Assembly (NCBI GenBank): GCA_051530055.1
Contig: CM121341.1
Span: forward strand, 17,090,784-17,154,783
Direction: 5' to 3'
DNA from: Neoechinorhynchus agilis
Taxonomy: Eukaryota > Animalia > Acanthocephala
DNA length: 64,000 nucleotides
In this document: one piece after another, positions 13,150 to 23,717 of the stretch
Numbering within the stretch: the first letter of the stretch is position 1
Layout of the letters: each line of letters begins with the position of its first letter
Made by a program: the position numbers and the translations under genes
The notes under the pieces: model-generated
What the model saw: the letters and a program-made list of their open reading frames with translations, nothing else
Database searches by the model: none
Told to the model about the DNA's origin: nothing

Positions 13150-13555
13150 TCATTTTCAAAGAAGGGGAACTAGGTAGAATGCGATTGGACGAATTCCACC
13201 TTCCTTTTTCGCGAGGTCACATAGCCCGAAAAATAGCTCCATTGCTTTCGGAATCAACTCTCCCTCTGCAAATTGATCGACCAAGCGTGCCAATACACCT
13301 TGAAGGGACTGAGCAACGTCACCTAATGAAAAGGAAGTCATGTCCTTTAGGTGTTGGGGATGGAACTCGTCAAGTCCACGAGCTGATCCGTTGGCAAATG
13401 AGGAGATTGTCATCTTCGCTTCTTATATGGGTGGTAAAAAATAAGGGCTCGTATCGAAGAACGTGGATTCTTCGAAATACTGTCAACCGTTGTCACTGGG
13501 ATGTTTGGAACGAAATGCGAATAAAGTGCAGCTTGAGACCGCAGAGAGGATAATC
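13150..13555 (-). mobile_element. CRE-type RT N-terminal fragment
   Basis: AFRSKHP...SSFANGSARGLDEFHPQHLKD...KKEGGIRPIA, homologous to 19260-19500. Confidence 0.75.
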
Positions 13556-13689
13556 CGGCGAAATTACAATATGAGAGCTACACGAGCGAACTACGGCATT
13601 AATCCATTTTTGCGATGGATCTCCAAAATCGCCGGAGCAAAAGTCAACATCTTAACTTAAAATATTCTTTAAGAGCAGCTTGTTATGCA

Positions 13690-14767
13690 CTAGGTGTATC
13701 GCTGTAAGTGCTCGTACAGGTCGTTATCGGCTTCCCTCTTGGCTTTGGCGCATTCTCTAGAGGCCTTCCTTTTTGCTTGTTTGTAAGCGTGTGCATTGGA
13801 GGCCGAAGCGTCAAAATCCAACCTTTTCCTGGCTGACATTTTTAGACTGATTGCGTCCTTGATGGCTGGATTCCACCACCATACCTCTTTGTTTTGGGGT
13901 GGAGGTTTCCCCGATGGCATTCCTAGGATGTTCTTTGCTTCACTACGAATCGCTTCGGCTGTCTCGTTAGACCAGCGTTCCAGTTCAGCCACATTCTCGC
14001 TCAATTTCTGGGTAAGCACCATTTTCATTTTTTCCCTGAGTATAGGATCCTTTAGCCTCCAGCACTTGATTTTAGGCGCATTGCTCGTTGTCGGCTGTCT
14101 TTACATTCTGAACTTCACCCCATCTCGCTATCGGATACAAAATGAAATCGATTTGGCTTGATTTTTCACCGCTTGAGTATGTATAAAGGTGCCGTGGGTC
14201 TTTTTTGAAGTATATATTGGAAATACGCAACTCCAACGCTGCTGCGTAATCCAATAGTCTTACACCCTCGGTGTTCCTTGATCCTACACTGTGTCCTCCA
14301 TGAATTCGCTCGTATCTATCTCACGGCCCAGCGTGCCCGTTGAAATCACCGGTTATCACGCATCGACCCTTTCTAGGCCTTGTAACTTCCGATAAATCCA
14401 GCCAAAATTCCTCCTTCTCACCTTCACGACAACCGACTAGTGGGGCGTACGCAGAAACTATCGTTCTGGCTGCGCCGTTAACGCTTACCTTCAGCGCCAT
14501 TACCCGATCGCTTGTTCGTGTCACCTCTACGACGTTGTTCAATTGATCCTTTGATACTATGACTCCCACTCCCTTCCTACCACTTGCTCCTCCATTATAG
14601 AACAGTTTAAACCCGTCGCCTAATTCTCTAGCTTCCCTCCCTTCCATCTGATCTCCTGGACCCCAAGAATTTCGATTCTTCTCCTCCTTATCAAATCGGC
14701 AAATTCCCTGCTTTTCCCGGTCATTGAATCGCATATAAGGAAGGTTTTGTTCGTACCTCCTTAGCAT
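13690..14767 (-). mobile_element. RTE-like LINE 5' part (AP endonuclease plus linker)
   Basis: GVQEIRWKG (after a frameshift), GVGVIVSK, VSAYAP, GDFNGH, SQIDFIL, KEVWWWN. Confidence 0.85.
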
Positions 14768-14814
14768 GGAGAGCGATAAACACTCTCACAGGAAGATCCC
14801 AAAGACAGCCAACT

Positions 14815-16505
14815 TTGATTGAAGGTCCCTCCCCGGAAATCAGAAAAAAGAGAATCGCAAATTATTTTGCGGAAATTCTCAATTCGCTGTTATCGTCTTT
14901 GGAAGTGAGTCCTGCACTTCCAAAAGGCACAATCGTCCCAAGCACTGAGGCATACTTCACTGGACCGATTTCCGTGAAGGAAGCGATCGCTGCGGCGAAA
15001 ATGATGCGTGCGGGATGTGCATCAGGCCCAGATGGGATAATGGCAGAGGTACTGAGGTTTGAATCTATTGCCAGAAAAATCATACCGATAATGAATGGCA
15101 TAATGAATGGTGGCTCAGTACCTCAAATCTGGCAAACTGCGCATTTAACAAAAAGGCGGAGGACTACAGAGGTATATCCTTGATGTCCAACACGGCAAAA
15201 CTTTTCAGCAGCATTTTGAGACGCCGAATTCAGCCAATCCTCGAACCGTTTCTAAGAATTGAACAGAACGGCTTCAGGAAAGGTCGAGGCACCACAGAGC
15301 ACATATTGGCTTTGAGGAGGATCCTCGAGGAGGCACGAATTCATCAAACGGATGTGACGCTGGTATTTGTTGATTTCCGTCGAGCTTTCGATTCGGTAAA
15401 TCGAACGATGATTGGCGGTATCTTAAAGGAGTATGGAGTGCCGCCGGTCATTGCCACATCCGTTATGGCATTATATAATAACACAACGTCCGCCGTCAAG
15501 ACAGCTGACAGTTTGACAGAATACTTTTCCACCAATTCAGGTGTTTTGCAGGGCGACACATTGGCTCCTTTTCTCTTCATCTTGGTGCTTGGTTGGGTAA
15601 TGAGATGGGCACTACCGAATGATGAAGATGGATTTCTTCTGTTGAGGAAAAGAGGTCGCAGGTATCCTGAGATACGCGCCTCCTACATGGCATATGCCGA
15701 CGACATCGTATTGATGTCCTCAACAGTTGAAAGAGCTCAACGCATGCTAAATAGACTGTGCGAGAGGGTGAGTATGATTGGTCTGACCATCAACTTGAAA
15801 AAGACGGAATTCTTGACGATTCCGCATGTCGCGCATAGTCTCTGGCGAAAGGCCGAATGGTGTTGAGCAGTTAAAACAGATAGAGCGGTATGCCTATCTG
15901 GGAGCTGTCGTTCCTGAGGTGAGTGCGGATGTCAGCCAACGGGAAGCTATAGCTTGGAGAGCAATGGGGCAACTTAAACCACTGTTTGACAGTTAGTCTT
16001 TGCCAGATGAACTCCGTTCGCAGCTGTTCAAGGCTCTAATTTAGAGCATTCTCTAATGCAATGCAGAGACCTGGACACTGTCACCAACGGCGACGAGGCA
16101 GTTGGATCAAAATCATACATCTCTCTTACGTGCGGCGTTCAAGGTCAGATGGTCAGATAAAGTGACCAACAAAGCACTGTATAAGAGAGCCGGAATCCAA
16201 CCGCCCAGTGAATATTTGCGCCGCAGACGACTGCAGTTCACGGGCAATATAATTCGGTCCGAGGCATCTTGCCCACAGGTCGTGCAACAGTTCCTTTTCT
16301 GGAAGCCAACGACATTGTATCGTAAAGGCAAAGGGAACTGTCGTACATACGATGACCTGATTTTAAGGGACGCAAATTGCCCGCATAACAGGACTGCTGT
16401 CGTGTATTTTAGATTCCTTGCGGAGCCTAATTCTATTTGACGGGCTTATACTTACGGTGCAACGTAGGAAAGTACCGTTGCATACAAATACAATACAAAT
16501 ACAAA
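14815..16505 (+). mobile_element. RTE-like LINE RT and 3' end with short (ATACAA)-type tail
   Basis: ASGPDGI, QNGFRKGR, VDFRRAFDSV, GVLQGDTLAP, YADDIV, GLTINLKKT. Tail TACAAATACAATACAAATACAAAA at ~16482-16505. Frameshifted. Confidence 0.9.
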
Positions 16506-16744
16506 ACCTACGTTAAGGGTGCTACTACGATGTACCGATGTTCCACAAGGATCGCCGCTTTTTCAGCGTCTTATTTCTTCTTTTTGCGAATACCATTCAT
16601 GGAGTGACGAAAATGTAACTTTTTCTTAAACAATGTATATTTTATTTTGCTTCTGATTAGAACGAAGAAGATATTCTATTATAGTTAATAGTTTATAAAT
16701 ATTCACGCCACCCTTGTCGTTTTTATAGTGGCCGAAAGAACCGA

Positions 16745-17300
16745 TGTAAAGTTTCCTCGCCAACAATTCATTCACTGCCTCTTCTATCAGCGGCGCACCT
16801 CAAGGTGCTGTTCTGTCACCACTTCTCTTTAATATTTTTCTAAACAACCTCAAACCTCTTTCCTCTCACTCTAAAATCTTCTTATACGCCGACGATATCA
16901 TCCTCATCACCCATTCACCACCCCACCTCTCCCTTTCCTTAATCTCTAAAGAAATCACACACATAAAAGATTTCTGCATTAATCACAAACTCCATCTCAA
17001 TTTCTCTAAATGCTTCGAAATGTTCACCTCTCTCCCGCAACTCCACATCATCCCCCTGAGCTTCTAAATGATATCCTACGAGAAACCTCCCTAAGAATAC
17101 TGGGTCTCCAATTTCAATCAAATTTGAAATGTTGCTCGCACATCACTCTCTCCCTCAAGCTAAACACCTTCAAAATTTATCTCCTCAAACGCCTCCGTCA
17201 TTTAGGAATCCCTTCACCCGGTCTCTACAAATTTTGCTTCTGCTTTTCACCCTCCTATACCTCGCACCTCACTATATCTACGCTCCTTTTTCCGTGCTGC
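16745..17300 (+). mobile_element. CR1/Jockey-like LINE RT fragment
   Basis: SGAPQGAVLSPLLFNIFLN...FLYADDI...LNFSKC...LRILG; same subfamily as 1-560. Confidence 0.85.
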
Positions 17301-17821
17301 CCAATCTTCTCAGATATCATAAACTGAAATGATTCTGAGTAAAGCCCAACCTTGTAAGCGCTCCTGCAAACAATAAACAACCGAATATTCTCAAACGAAC
17401 GGACACATTCTCACCCGAACGAACCGTCCCCGACTGAATAATTCCCATCCGAATAGGCATCACTGGACTGGATATTCCCATATTAACGGATACGCTTTTC
17501 TTTTCTGAACAATTATGAACTTGAATACTTATGAGGACCCAAAGGTACATGAGTCCTAATATTCCTTCTCTGTATTCTGAACAATAAACGTGTTATTATT
17601 ATATCATTGTAAGATTGTGGACCCCATCAGCACAAACCTGTGTTTGCTCATCGATGATTTGCGCGGCAAATCTCTCGCAGTCGAACTGATCCAGGCCCAC
17701 ATCACTAGATACCGGAATAACTTCCCGTCATTATGTTCGTCTTCAATATCCATTGCGCCGACGTACGTGGTCGTTTAGAGGAAACATTTGCCCTGGTTTA
17801 CATTCGCGCGAATAAAAAACC

Positions 17822-17869
17822 TTAACAATTCTGAAGAAGGCCAGCGAGCAGGCCGAAAATTCAAGTTAA
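17822..17869 (+). ncRNA. Minimal type I hammerhead ribozyme motif (best-formed copy)
   Basis: UUAAC-AA-UU | CUGAAGA(17831-37)-A-GGCC/AGCGAGCA/GGCC-GAAA-AUU-C17 | AA-GUUAA. Stem III is the palindrome AAUU, the cleavage triplet is UUC, stem I is 2+5 bp, and AATAAA follows. Confidence 0.7.
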
Positions 17870-17927
17870 TAAATAAATTACAATTTTTCTTCGCCAAGTC
17901 CTACAATAAATGTGGAACTTATATTCA

Positions 17928-18191
17928 ATTTAGAAAAATGTCAAAGAGGAGAGGGGAAAGCACGGCGCCTTGGTGACCCCTTTAAATATGGGCAGAGAAG
18001 AGGAACAAGAAGTTCCACATTGGATATATTGTTTGCGGTTGGGGAGGAAAGAGGAAATCCAAGCGAGTTGCCAGGTTGGGAGGCCAAAGGAAGCACATGA
18101 TTGGAGGAGAAGGAGTGATCTACCGACTCGAACGCCCTGAAAATATCCAGTTGCACGAGACGGACGGTTGATGCTGGACTGGAATCTAAGC
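17928..18191 (-). mobile_element. ~264-bp near-identical copy of the RT region of the LINE at 59415-59679
   Basis: Direct comparison shows only about 2 differences. Confidence 0.9.
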
Positions 18192-18194
18192 CGA

Positions 18195-18470
18195 CCGTTG
18201 ATGCCAGCAGTCTCTGAAATATGTCTATCCCGCTTATGATATTTTTGTTTATTCGCCGTTGATGCCGCACACTTCCATCAGTCTGGGCCGCTTCTCCTCA
18301 AACGGAAGATTTTGAGATCGGGGATGATTTTTCGGTTTAGTAACCGTTGATGCCAAAACTCTGCGAAATGAGTCTGTGTCGCTTCTCCTTAAACGGCAGG
18401 TTGGGAGTTCTGGCATGATATTTCAGTTAAATCACCGTTGATGCCAGCACTCTATGAAATAAGTCTGTGC
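18195..18470 (+). repeat. Degenerate ~90-bp tandem repeats anchored on CCGTTGATGCC, probably the 5' region of the adjacent CRE element
   Basis: Motif at 18195, 18256, 18343 and 18435. The units also share AGTCTG...CGCTTCTCCT.AAACGG. Confidence 0.7.
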
Positions 18471-18499
18471 TGCTTTTTGCCTCCACCACCGACGACACC

Positions 18500-19690
18500 G
18501 ATGCCGTTCCCTCGCTTCGTTCGGGGACGGCACGTTCCTCGTTTCGCTCGGAACCTGTATGCTATACAACAATATGAAGACGGAAACTTGCCCGCCCAAA
18601 ATGAGCCAAGTGAAAAGACCGAGGAAACGCCCAACACAAACACCTTGAACACGCCACTTATCGATCACGCTGAACCTGAGAAGACCAACGCTGCCGGGTT
18701 TTCACACGTCTCTACTGGAGTGTGTTCGGTTTGCGGTAAGTCTTTTAAATTAACCCATTTGGGGGTTTGTTTGCCCATGGTCTTCGGGATCTCCGCTGTA
18801 GCGGGTCTGGTTCACCACAATCAACCGATCTGTTTATACCTCGGACCTCTCAGATCACCACTGACTATATTTCAAAACCTGATATCGTGCGCTTTCTGCC
18901 CAGAAACGTCCTGAAACGGATCCCAAAGGGCGCACGATATCAGGCCGCCAAAGCATTTACGGGATTGCTCAACGATTGCCTCTAAAAGAACTGTAGGCCA
19001 TCATGGACCCTATGCACCAGTAATGATCCTGAGGTGTCTTTGACATCAGCAATCAAAGAAAGGGTGGCCTCATTCGAACAAATATTTAACAATTTCGAAA
19101 TGAAATTTCGCGAAGTTCGTTAGGGACGCACGAAGGAAGGTTTCGCTGCCGTTTTTCATAGCGATCCCTCACTGAACGTGACAGTTTTGAGAATCCATCT
19201 CCTCCCATACAAGACAGGACGCCCACTCAAATTTCAGAGTTACAAAAGGCCATCTCATCTTTTGCAAATGGTTCGGGTCACGGGTTTGACGGGCTAAGGT
19301 CTCAGCACCTAAAGGACATGATGTCCTTTACAACTGGTGAAGCAGCTCTCTCTAGGAAGTGCGCTTTCTCGAATAGTCGACCGCCTGACTGGAGAGGACC
19401 TGAACCCCGTTGCGAAGGACCTATTTTTCGGAGCCTCATTGTGTGCGCTCACAAAAAAAGAAGGTGGGATCCGTCCCATCGCCGTATCTTCTACGATACG
19501 CCGACTCGCAGGAAAAATTCTCTGTAAACGTATCACAGAGAAAACCGGGCAGCAACTTCGCCCAGTCCAACTGGGCTGCTGCACATCTTGCGGGCGGAAG
19601 CTATTGTCCACGCGTTCCGAAACTTTACTACGAGGAGTTCAGAGCCGTGCGTGATTCTTAAGTGTGGTTTTCAGAATAGCGACAGCCGAG
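18500..19690 (+). mobile_element. CRE-type retrotransposon 5' half (zinc finger plus RT N-terminus), degenerate
   Basis: CSVCGKSF...HG...CSGSG, VLKRIPKGAR, GGIRPIAVSSTIRRLAGK, RPVQLG, AEAIVH. Confidence 0.85.
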
Positions 19691-20074
19691 GATGGAGAGA
19701 AACTCTAATTCTGCGGACGGTGGTGATTGCATGTTTTGCACTTTACTATGTTTTACAAATAAAAGTTAAAAAAAAATACTTTATTTAAAAGGCTTACAGT
19801 AATGAATAAACGACAAAAACAACGACATGTTTTTTTAAACTCCATTAAAAGATAAAAATCATATTATTTGTCTATAAGATATCGAAAAGGTTATTTAAAT
19901 TCCTATTTTCATATTCATCTTCTATAGCTTTCAACCATCTTTATGGGAGTCAACAGAAAATTAAAACGATATTTACACTAAATCGCTTTTAATGAACAGA
20001 AAATATAAAAATGAATAAGTTTACCAAATTTAAATCATTTTTCCTCTGGCGTTAAAAACAAACTAAAGAAACAA

Positions 20075-20938
20075 TCATCTTTTTCCACTTGCTTTTCTTC
20101 GTTTGTTCACTTTACGGCTTATCATGGATTCAACTTTTGCCTCCGTAACTCGTTTCGTCGGTACTTTTTCACTAAGTTCATCCAATATTCTAATATTCGT
20201 AATTTTTTCGTCTTTTCCGCATGATGATTCATTAGCTGTGTTCCTTTTTGATCTAAAACCTCTACTCCGCTTTTCTTCAAACCTCAACTTCTCTGAAAAT
20301 TTTCCCATTGATGCATCAGACTTTACAGCAGCCGCCAATGCCTTTCTTTGTTTTCTCTTCTCTTCAGGCATGAGTTTTGGTCCTTCGATAATACGATCAG
20401 CCATGTTCTTCAATTGTTTATACTTATATTTGGCAGATAGTTCCTTCTTTTTAGCTTTCTTTTCGGCAAAAAGGTCTCTATCGCCCGTCATTTGCTCGTT
20501 ATCTTTAACCTCAATCAACCAATCATCTAATGGATCGGTTTGATTCTTGCCTCCATATCCATATCGTCGTTTCCACTCATCCGTCATTGAATCATAGACT
20601 AGCTTGTCCCTCTTTCGTTTCACAATACCGCGCTCGGATGCGAATTGTTGCCATTTAGTAGTCTTCGTCTCGGGAAGACGTTTTTCACGTGGAAGCTTTG
20701 TCTTTACTGTCGGTAAATGATAAGTGCCGTTTATCGTTTTTAAATTTGTAATCAAGTGCAAAATGGCAGAATCTGCACACGATCTAAGTCAAAGAGCTTT
20801 AAATTTTGCGAATTGGAAACGAAACTCTTTAAAATTCTCTGATCCAAAATATTCTTCATCTTTTACTTTTGTAAGGTCCAAATCGTCCTTTACATTAACA
20901 GCCAACAAACCTTCATCCAATACGTTCGAATCATACAT
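20075..20938 (-). CDS. RRS1: Ribosome biogenesis regulatory protein RRS1
   Basis: LPREKRLP..K..TKWQQFA..RGI.KRKRDKLVYD....EWKRRYGY...DWLIEV...AA.SDASMGKF. Start inferred at 20938 with a 42-nt intron at 20784-20825. Confidence 0.9.
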
Positions 20939-21159
20939 CTATGGATGACATGTAGGGCCGTAGAAAAGCGGCAAAAATTAACAAAGAACATTGAACAACC
21001 GATCATTCCATAAAAAAAGACAATGTCTTGGATTATTATATTCGACTGGGGAAAAGAGCCTTTCTTCGGATTTAAATCTTTACTAATTTATTCTCGATAT
21101 TTCACCTCGCGGACAATTCGAACATTTCTCCAAGATTCTTCAGCCAATATTCGCAAAGC

Positions 21160-21995
21160 GGAAAACTAAACGACAACTTCGACGTGATCCCGATAAAGTT
21201 GGAAGGTCGATTTTAGAGCGAGAGAACACGTCGCTATTTTCAAAAACGAAAGAATGTCGGTGCGGTGGGACAGTGAATAGGTCGGGAACTCACGGCCTTG
21301 ACTGCAAGCGTTCAAATGCTCGCCACGCAAGGCACTCAGCAGTCAACCGCATAATCAAGGAAGCCCTCTCGACGGTCGGTTTTCCCGCTCGACTCGAACC
21401 AGTCGAACTTTCCCGGAACGACGGTAAACGCCCTGATGGAGCCCTTCCATGGTGCTCCGGGAAAATACTGGTTTGGGATTTTACCTGCCCCAGCACGCTC
21501 GCAGCACCCCACTTACGGGATGCCACCTCAAAGGCGGGAGCAGTCGAAAGCTTCAGCGAGGAAAAGAAGCGGCATAAGTACTCCTCGCTCGATGGGCATC
21601 AATATATTTTCATCCCGATTGCGGTGGAAACACTGGGATGCCTCGGAAAAGAAGCCGATTATTTCCTCCCACGACTGGGAGGGATGCTAAAACATGCCAT
21701 CGGCGATATGCGCTCCAGCAGCTTCCTGATACAGCGAATCAGTGCGGCGATCCAACGCGGCAATGCCGCGGCCATCAAGGAAGCTGCCGAACAATCATGA
21801 TGACAGTTGCAGAATGGGACGAAAAGGAGGAATTTGTGAACGAAATGAAAGTGTAATGATTGCCACAATAAAAGGGTTCTCGATTTTTTTCTATAAAAAG
21901 GGAAACTAAACGACAACTTCGAGGTGATCTCGATAAAGTTGAATAGTCTATTTTAGAAAGAAAACGCGTCGGTATTTTAAAAAACGAAAGAATGT
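21160..21995. repeat. ~95-bp imperfect direct repeats (21160-21257, 21901-21995) flanking a CRE fragment
   Basis: Both copies read GGAAA(A)CTAAACGACAACTTCGA.GTGATC.CGATAAAGTTG...AAAAACGAAAGAATGT. Confidence 0.8.
21265..21800 (+). mobile_element. 5'-truncated CRE-type element (zinc knuckle plus RLE)
   Basis: GTHGLDCK...ARHARH...DGKRPDG..PW..GKILVWDFTC...EEKKRHKY...PIAVETLG...QRISAAIQRGNA. Confidence 0.9.
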
Positions 21996-22020
21996 TTATT
22001 CTAAATATGTTCATCATTTA

Positions 22021-22286
22021 CTTTTTTATAGCGAATTATCAAATAAATCAATTGTTTGATAATTTTCGGTCTTCGCGTAGGCGTTCTTCAGTGTATCTTA
22101 AATGCATCCAGAAACACCCAATTTACGTTCGTTGGCAACAAAGCGGATTACCCACTCAGTCTGAGGATACCATCGGATAATCGAAATTGAGTGCTTTTTG
22201 GGTGCATTTTAGATAGACCGAAGAAGGCCTGCGCGAAGGCCGAAATTTATCAAATAAATCAATTATTATAATTCGCTATAAAAAAG
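22021..22286 (+). mobile_element. Miniature Penelope 3' end with an inverted 3' copy; hammerhead-like motif in each arm
   Basis: 22021-22124 is the reverse complement of ~22183-22286. The spacer encodes TFVGNKADYP, compare DTMDGNKADY at the Penelope C-terminus (~12225). Motifs: + arm CCGAAGA-A-GGCC..GGCC-GAAA at 22218; - arm CUGAAGA...GAAA-AUU-A at 22091-22060. Confidence 0.8.
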
Positions 22287-22360
22287 AGAATTTTTATATA
22301 AAACGTCACAATAAAAGAGTATTCGATTTATTGTTCAATAATCTTATGTGAGAGTTTGTG

Positions 22361-22603
22361 TTATCCTGCGACGAGTAGCAATAGAATAGTTAAAATATTG
22401 ACAATGACAAGCGGTACTCTCATGACCGTCTGAACTGATCTAACGAAACCAATAAATTTCTCTGGTGCTCCTTGATCTTGCTGATACATTCCGTACTGTC
22501 CGCGATTACTGAGTTTGCTTAAAAATCGTTCTTCATTTAATACCGCGATTGCATTGGTCACCAGAACGCAGGCTTCAAGAATGGAGTATATCGTGAGCGG
22601 CAT
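22361..22603 (-). CDS. IER3IP1: Yos1/IER3IP1 ER-Golgi membrane protein
   Basis: MPLTIYSILEACVLVTNAIAVLNEERFL...IGFVRSVQTVMRVPLVIVN; 80 aa, intronless. Confidence 0.93.
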   Translation of the reverse strand: MPLTIYSILEACVLVTNAIAVLNEERFLSKLSNRGQYGMYQQDQGAPEKFIGFVRSVQTVMRVPLVIVNILTILLLLVAG

Positions 22604-22710
22604 CCTCAATGTTCCGTCAGCGTCCAAATTGTCACCCAATTCCCGAACTCTTTGAATTCTTCTGTTTTCCGTCTTTTTTATGGTTACATAAAAAAGTTAT
22701 AATCGTGACA

Positions 22711-23385
22711 ATGGGTAGATTCTCGAAGGATCGTCGGGATATCTATTATCGATTGGCAAAAGAGCAAGGTTGGCGAGCTAGGTCTGCGTTCAAATTGCTC
22801 CAATTGAACGAAGAGTTTGACTTAATTCGTGAATGTGAACCTGACTTTGGCGTTGTCGATTTATGTGCTGCTCCAGGTAGTTGGTCTCAAGTTCTGAGCC
22901 GTCTTCTGCCACCTACGATTCGTATCGTTGCGGTCGATCTTCAACAAATGGCACCGATTGATCGAGTTAAAATAATCAGAGGGGACATCACGGCTGATTT
23001 TACAATAATGGAGATTAAGGCTTGTCTCGAAAGTGGAAAGGCCGGTCTTATTGTCTGCGATGGTGCCCCGGACGTCACAGGACTTCATGATATGGACGAA
23101 CATATTCAACATCAATTATTGAGAAGTGCACTTCGGATTTGCGATCAAATATTAAAACCAGGCGGGACTTTTGTAGGAAAAGTATTCCGAGGTCGCACTT
23201 GTGATTTAATCTACGAAGAGTTCAGAAAATACTTTAAAAGGGTTACGATTGGAAAGCCTAAAAGTAGTCGGGTTTCTAGTCTTGAGGCTTTCTTAGTTGG
23301 TCAAGGTTATGGACAAGGAAATGATGGTGTCGAAGTTGAATTTGTCGTTTGTGGAAATAACGAATTCGATTCTGACACAATGTAG
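22711..23385 (+). CDS. FTSJ1: tRNA (C32/N34)-2'-O-methyltransferase TRM7/FTSJ1
   Basis: MGRFSKDRRDIYYRLAKEQGWRARSAFKL, DLCAAPGSWSQ, CDGAPDVTGLHD; K-D-K-E tetrad present. Head-to-head with IER3IP1 (107-bp gap). Confidence 0.95.
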   Translation: MGRFSKDRRDIYYRLAKEQGWRARSAFKLLQLNEEFDLIRECEPDFGVVDLCAAPGSWSQVLSRLLPPTIRIVAVDLQQMAPIDRVKIIRGDITADFTIMEIKACLESGKAGLIVCDGAPDVTGLHDMDEHIQHQLLRSALRICDQILKPGGTFVGKVFRGRTCDLIYEEFRKYFKRVTIGKPKSSRVSSLEAFLVGQGYGQGNDGVEVEFVVCGNNEFDSDTM

Positions 23386-23717
23386 CGGTGAAATGCGTTT
23401 TCTTGCACCTTTATTGCTCAAAATTCGTTTTGAATAGCAAAATTGTGTGGTCTTTGAAGCGTAAAATTCGGCTAAAGTGGAATTTCTTTTTCAAAATCTT
23501 GAAATTGTGTGTGTGAAAGCGCATCTCTAATACAAACTTCCACAAGATTATGTTCAAGCGGACCCCATTCAGAAACCTATCGACCCTGTCTACGAAATTG
23601 CATGTGAGTTGAGAAAGATGGGAAAACTTGAAAATGTTTCTAAAACCTATAAATAAATCCAATTTCTTGTACGCACTCAGTCTAATAGTCAATAAATTAA
23701 ACGAAATCCCTCTATAG

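Noticed and set aside
18195-18445. CRISPR-like repeat-spacer pattern
   Set aside because: The anchor is only 11 bp, the spacing is irregular, the spacers resemble each other, there are no cas genes and the context is eukaryotic.
21115-21145. Minus-strand CTGAAGA-A-TC-TTG-GA-GAAA-TGTT hammerhead
   Set aside because: Stem II is only 2 bp and stem III is not palindromic; consistent with chance.
22021-22286. MITE with 105-bp TIRs
   Set aside because: No TSD is seen, the spacer encodes a Penelope C-terminal motif, and the sister copy at 53201 lacks the left arm.
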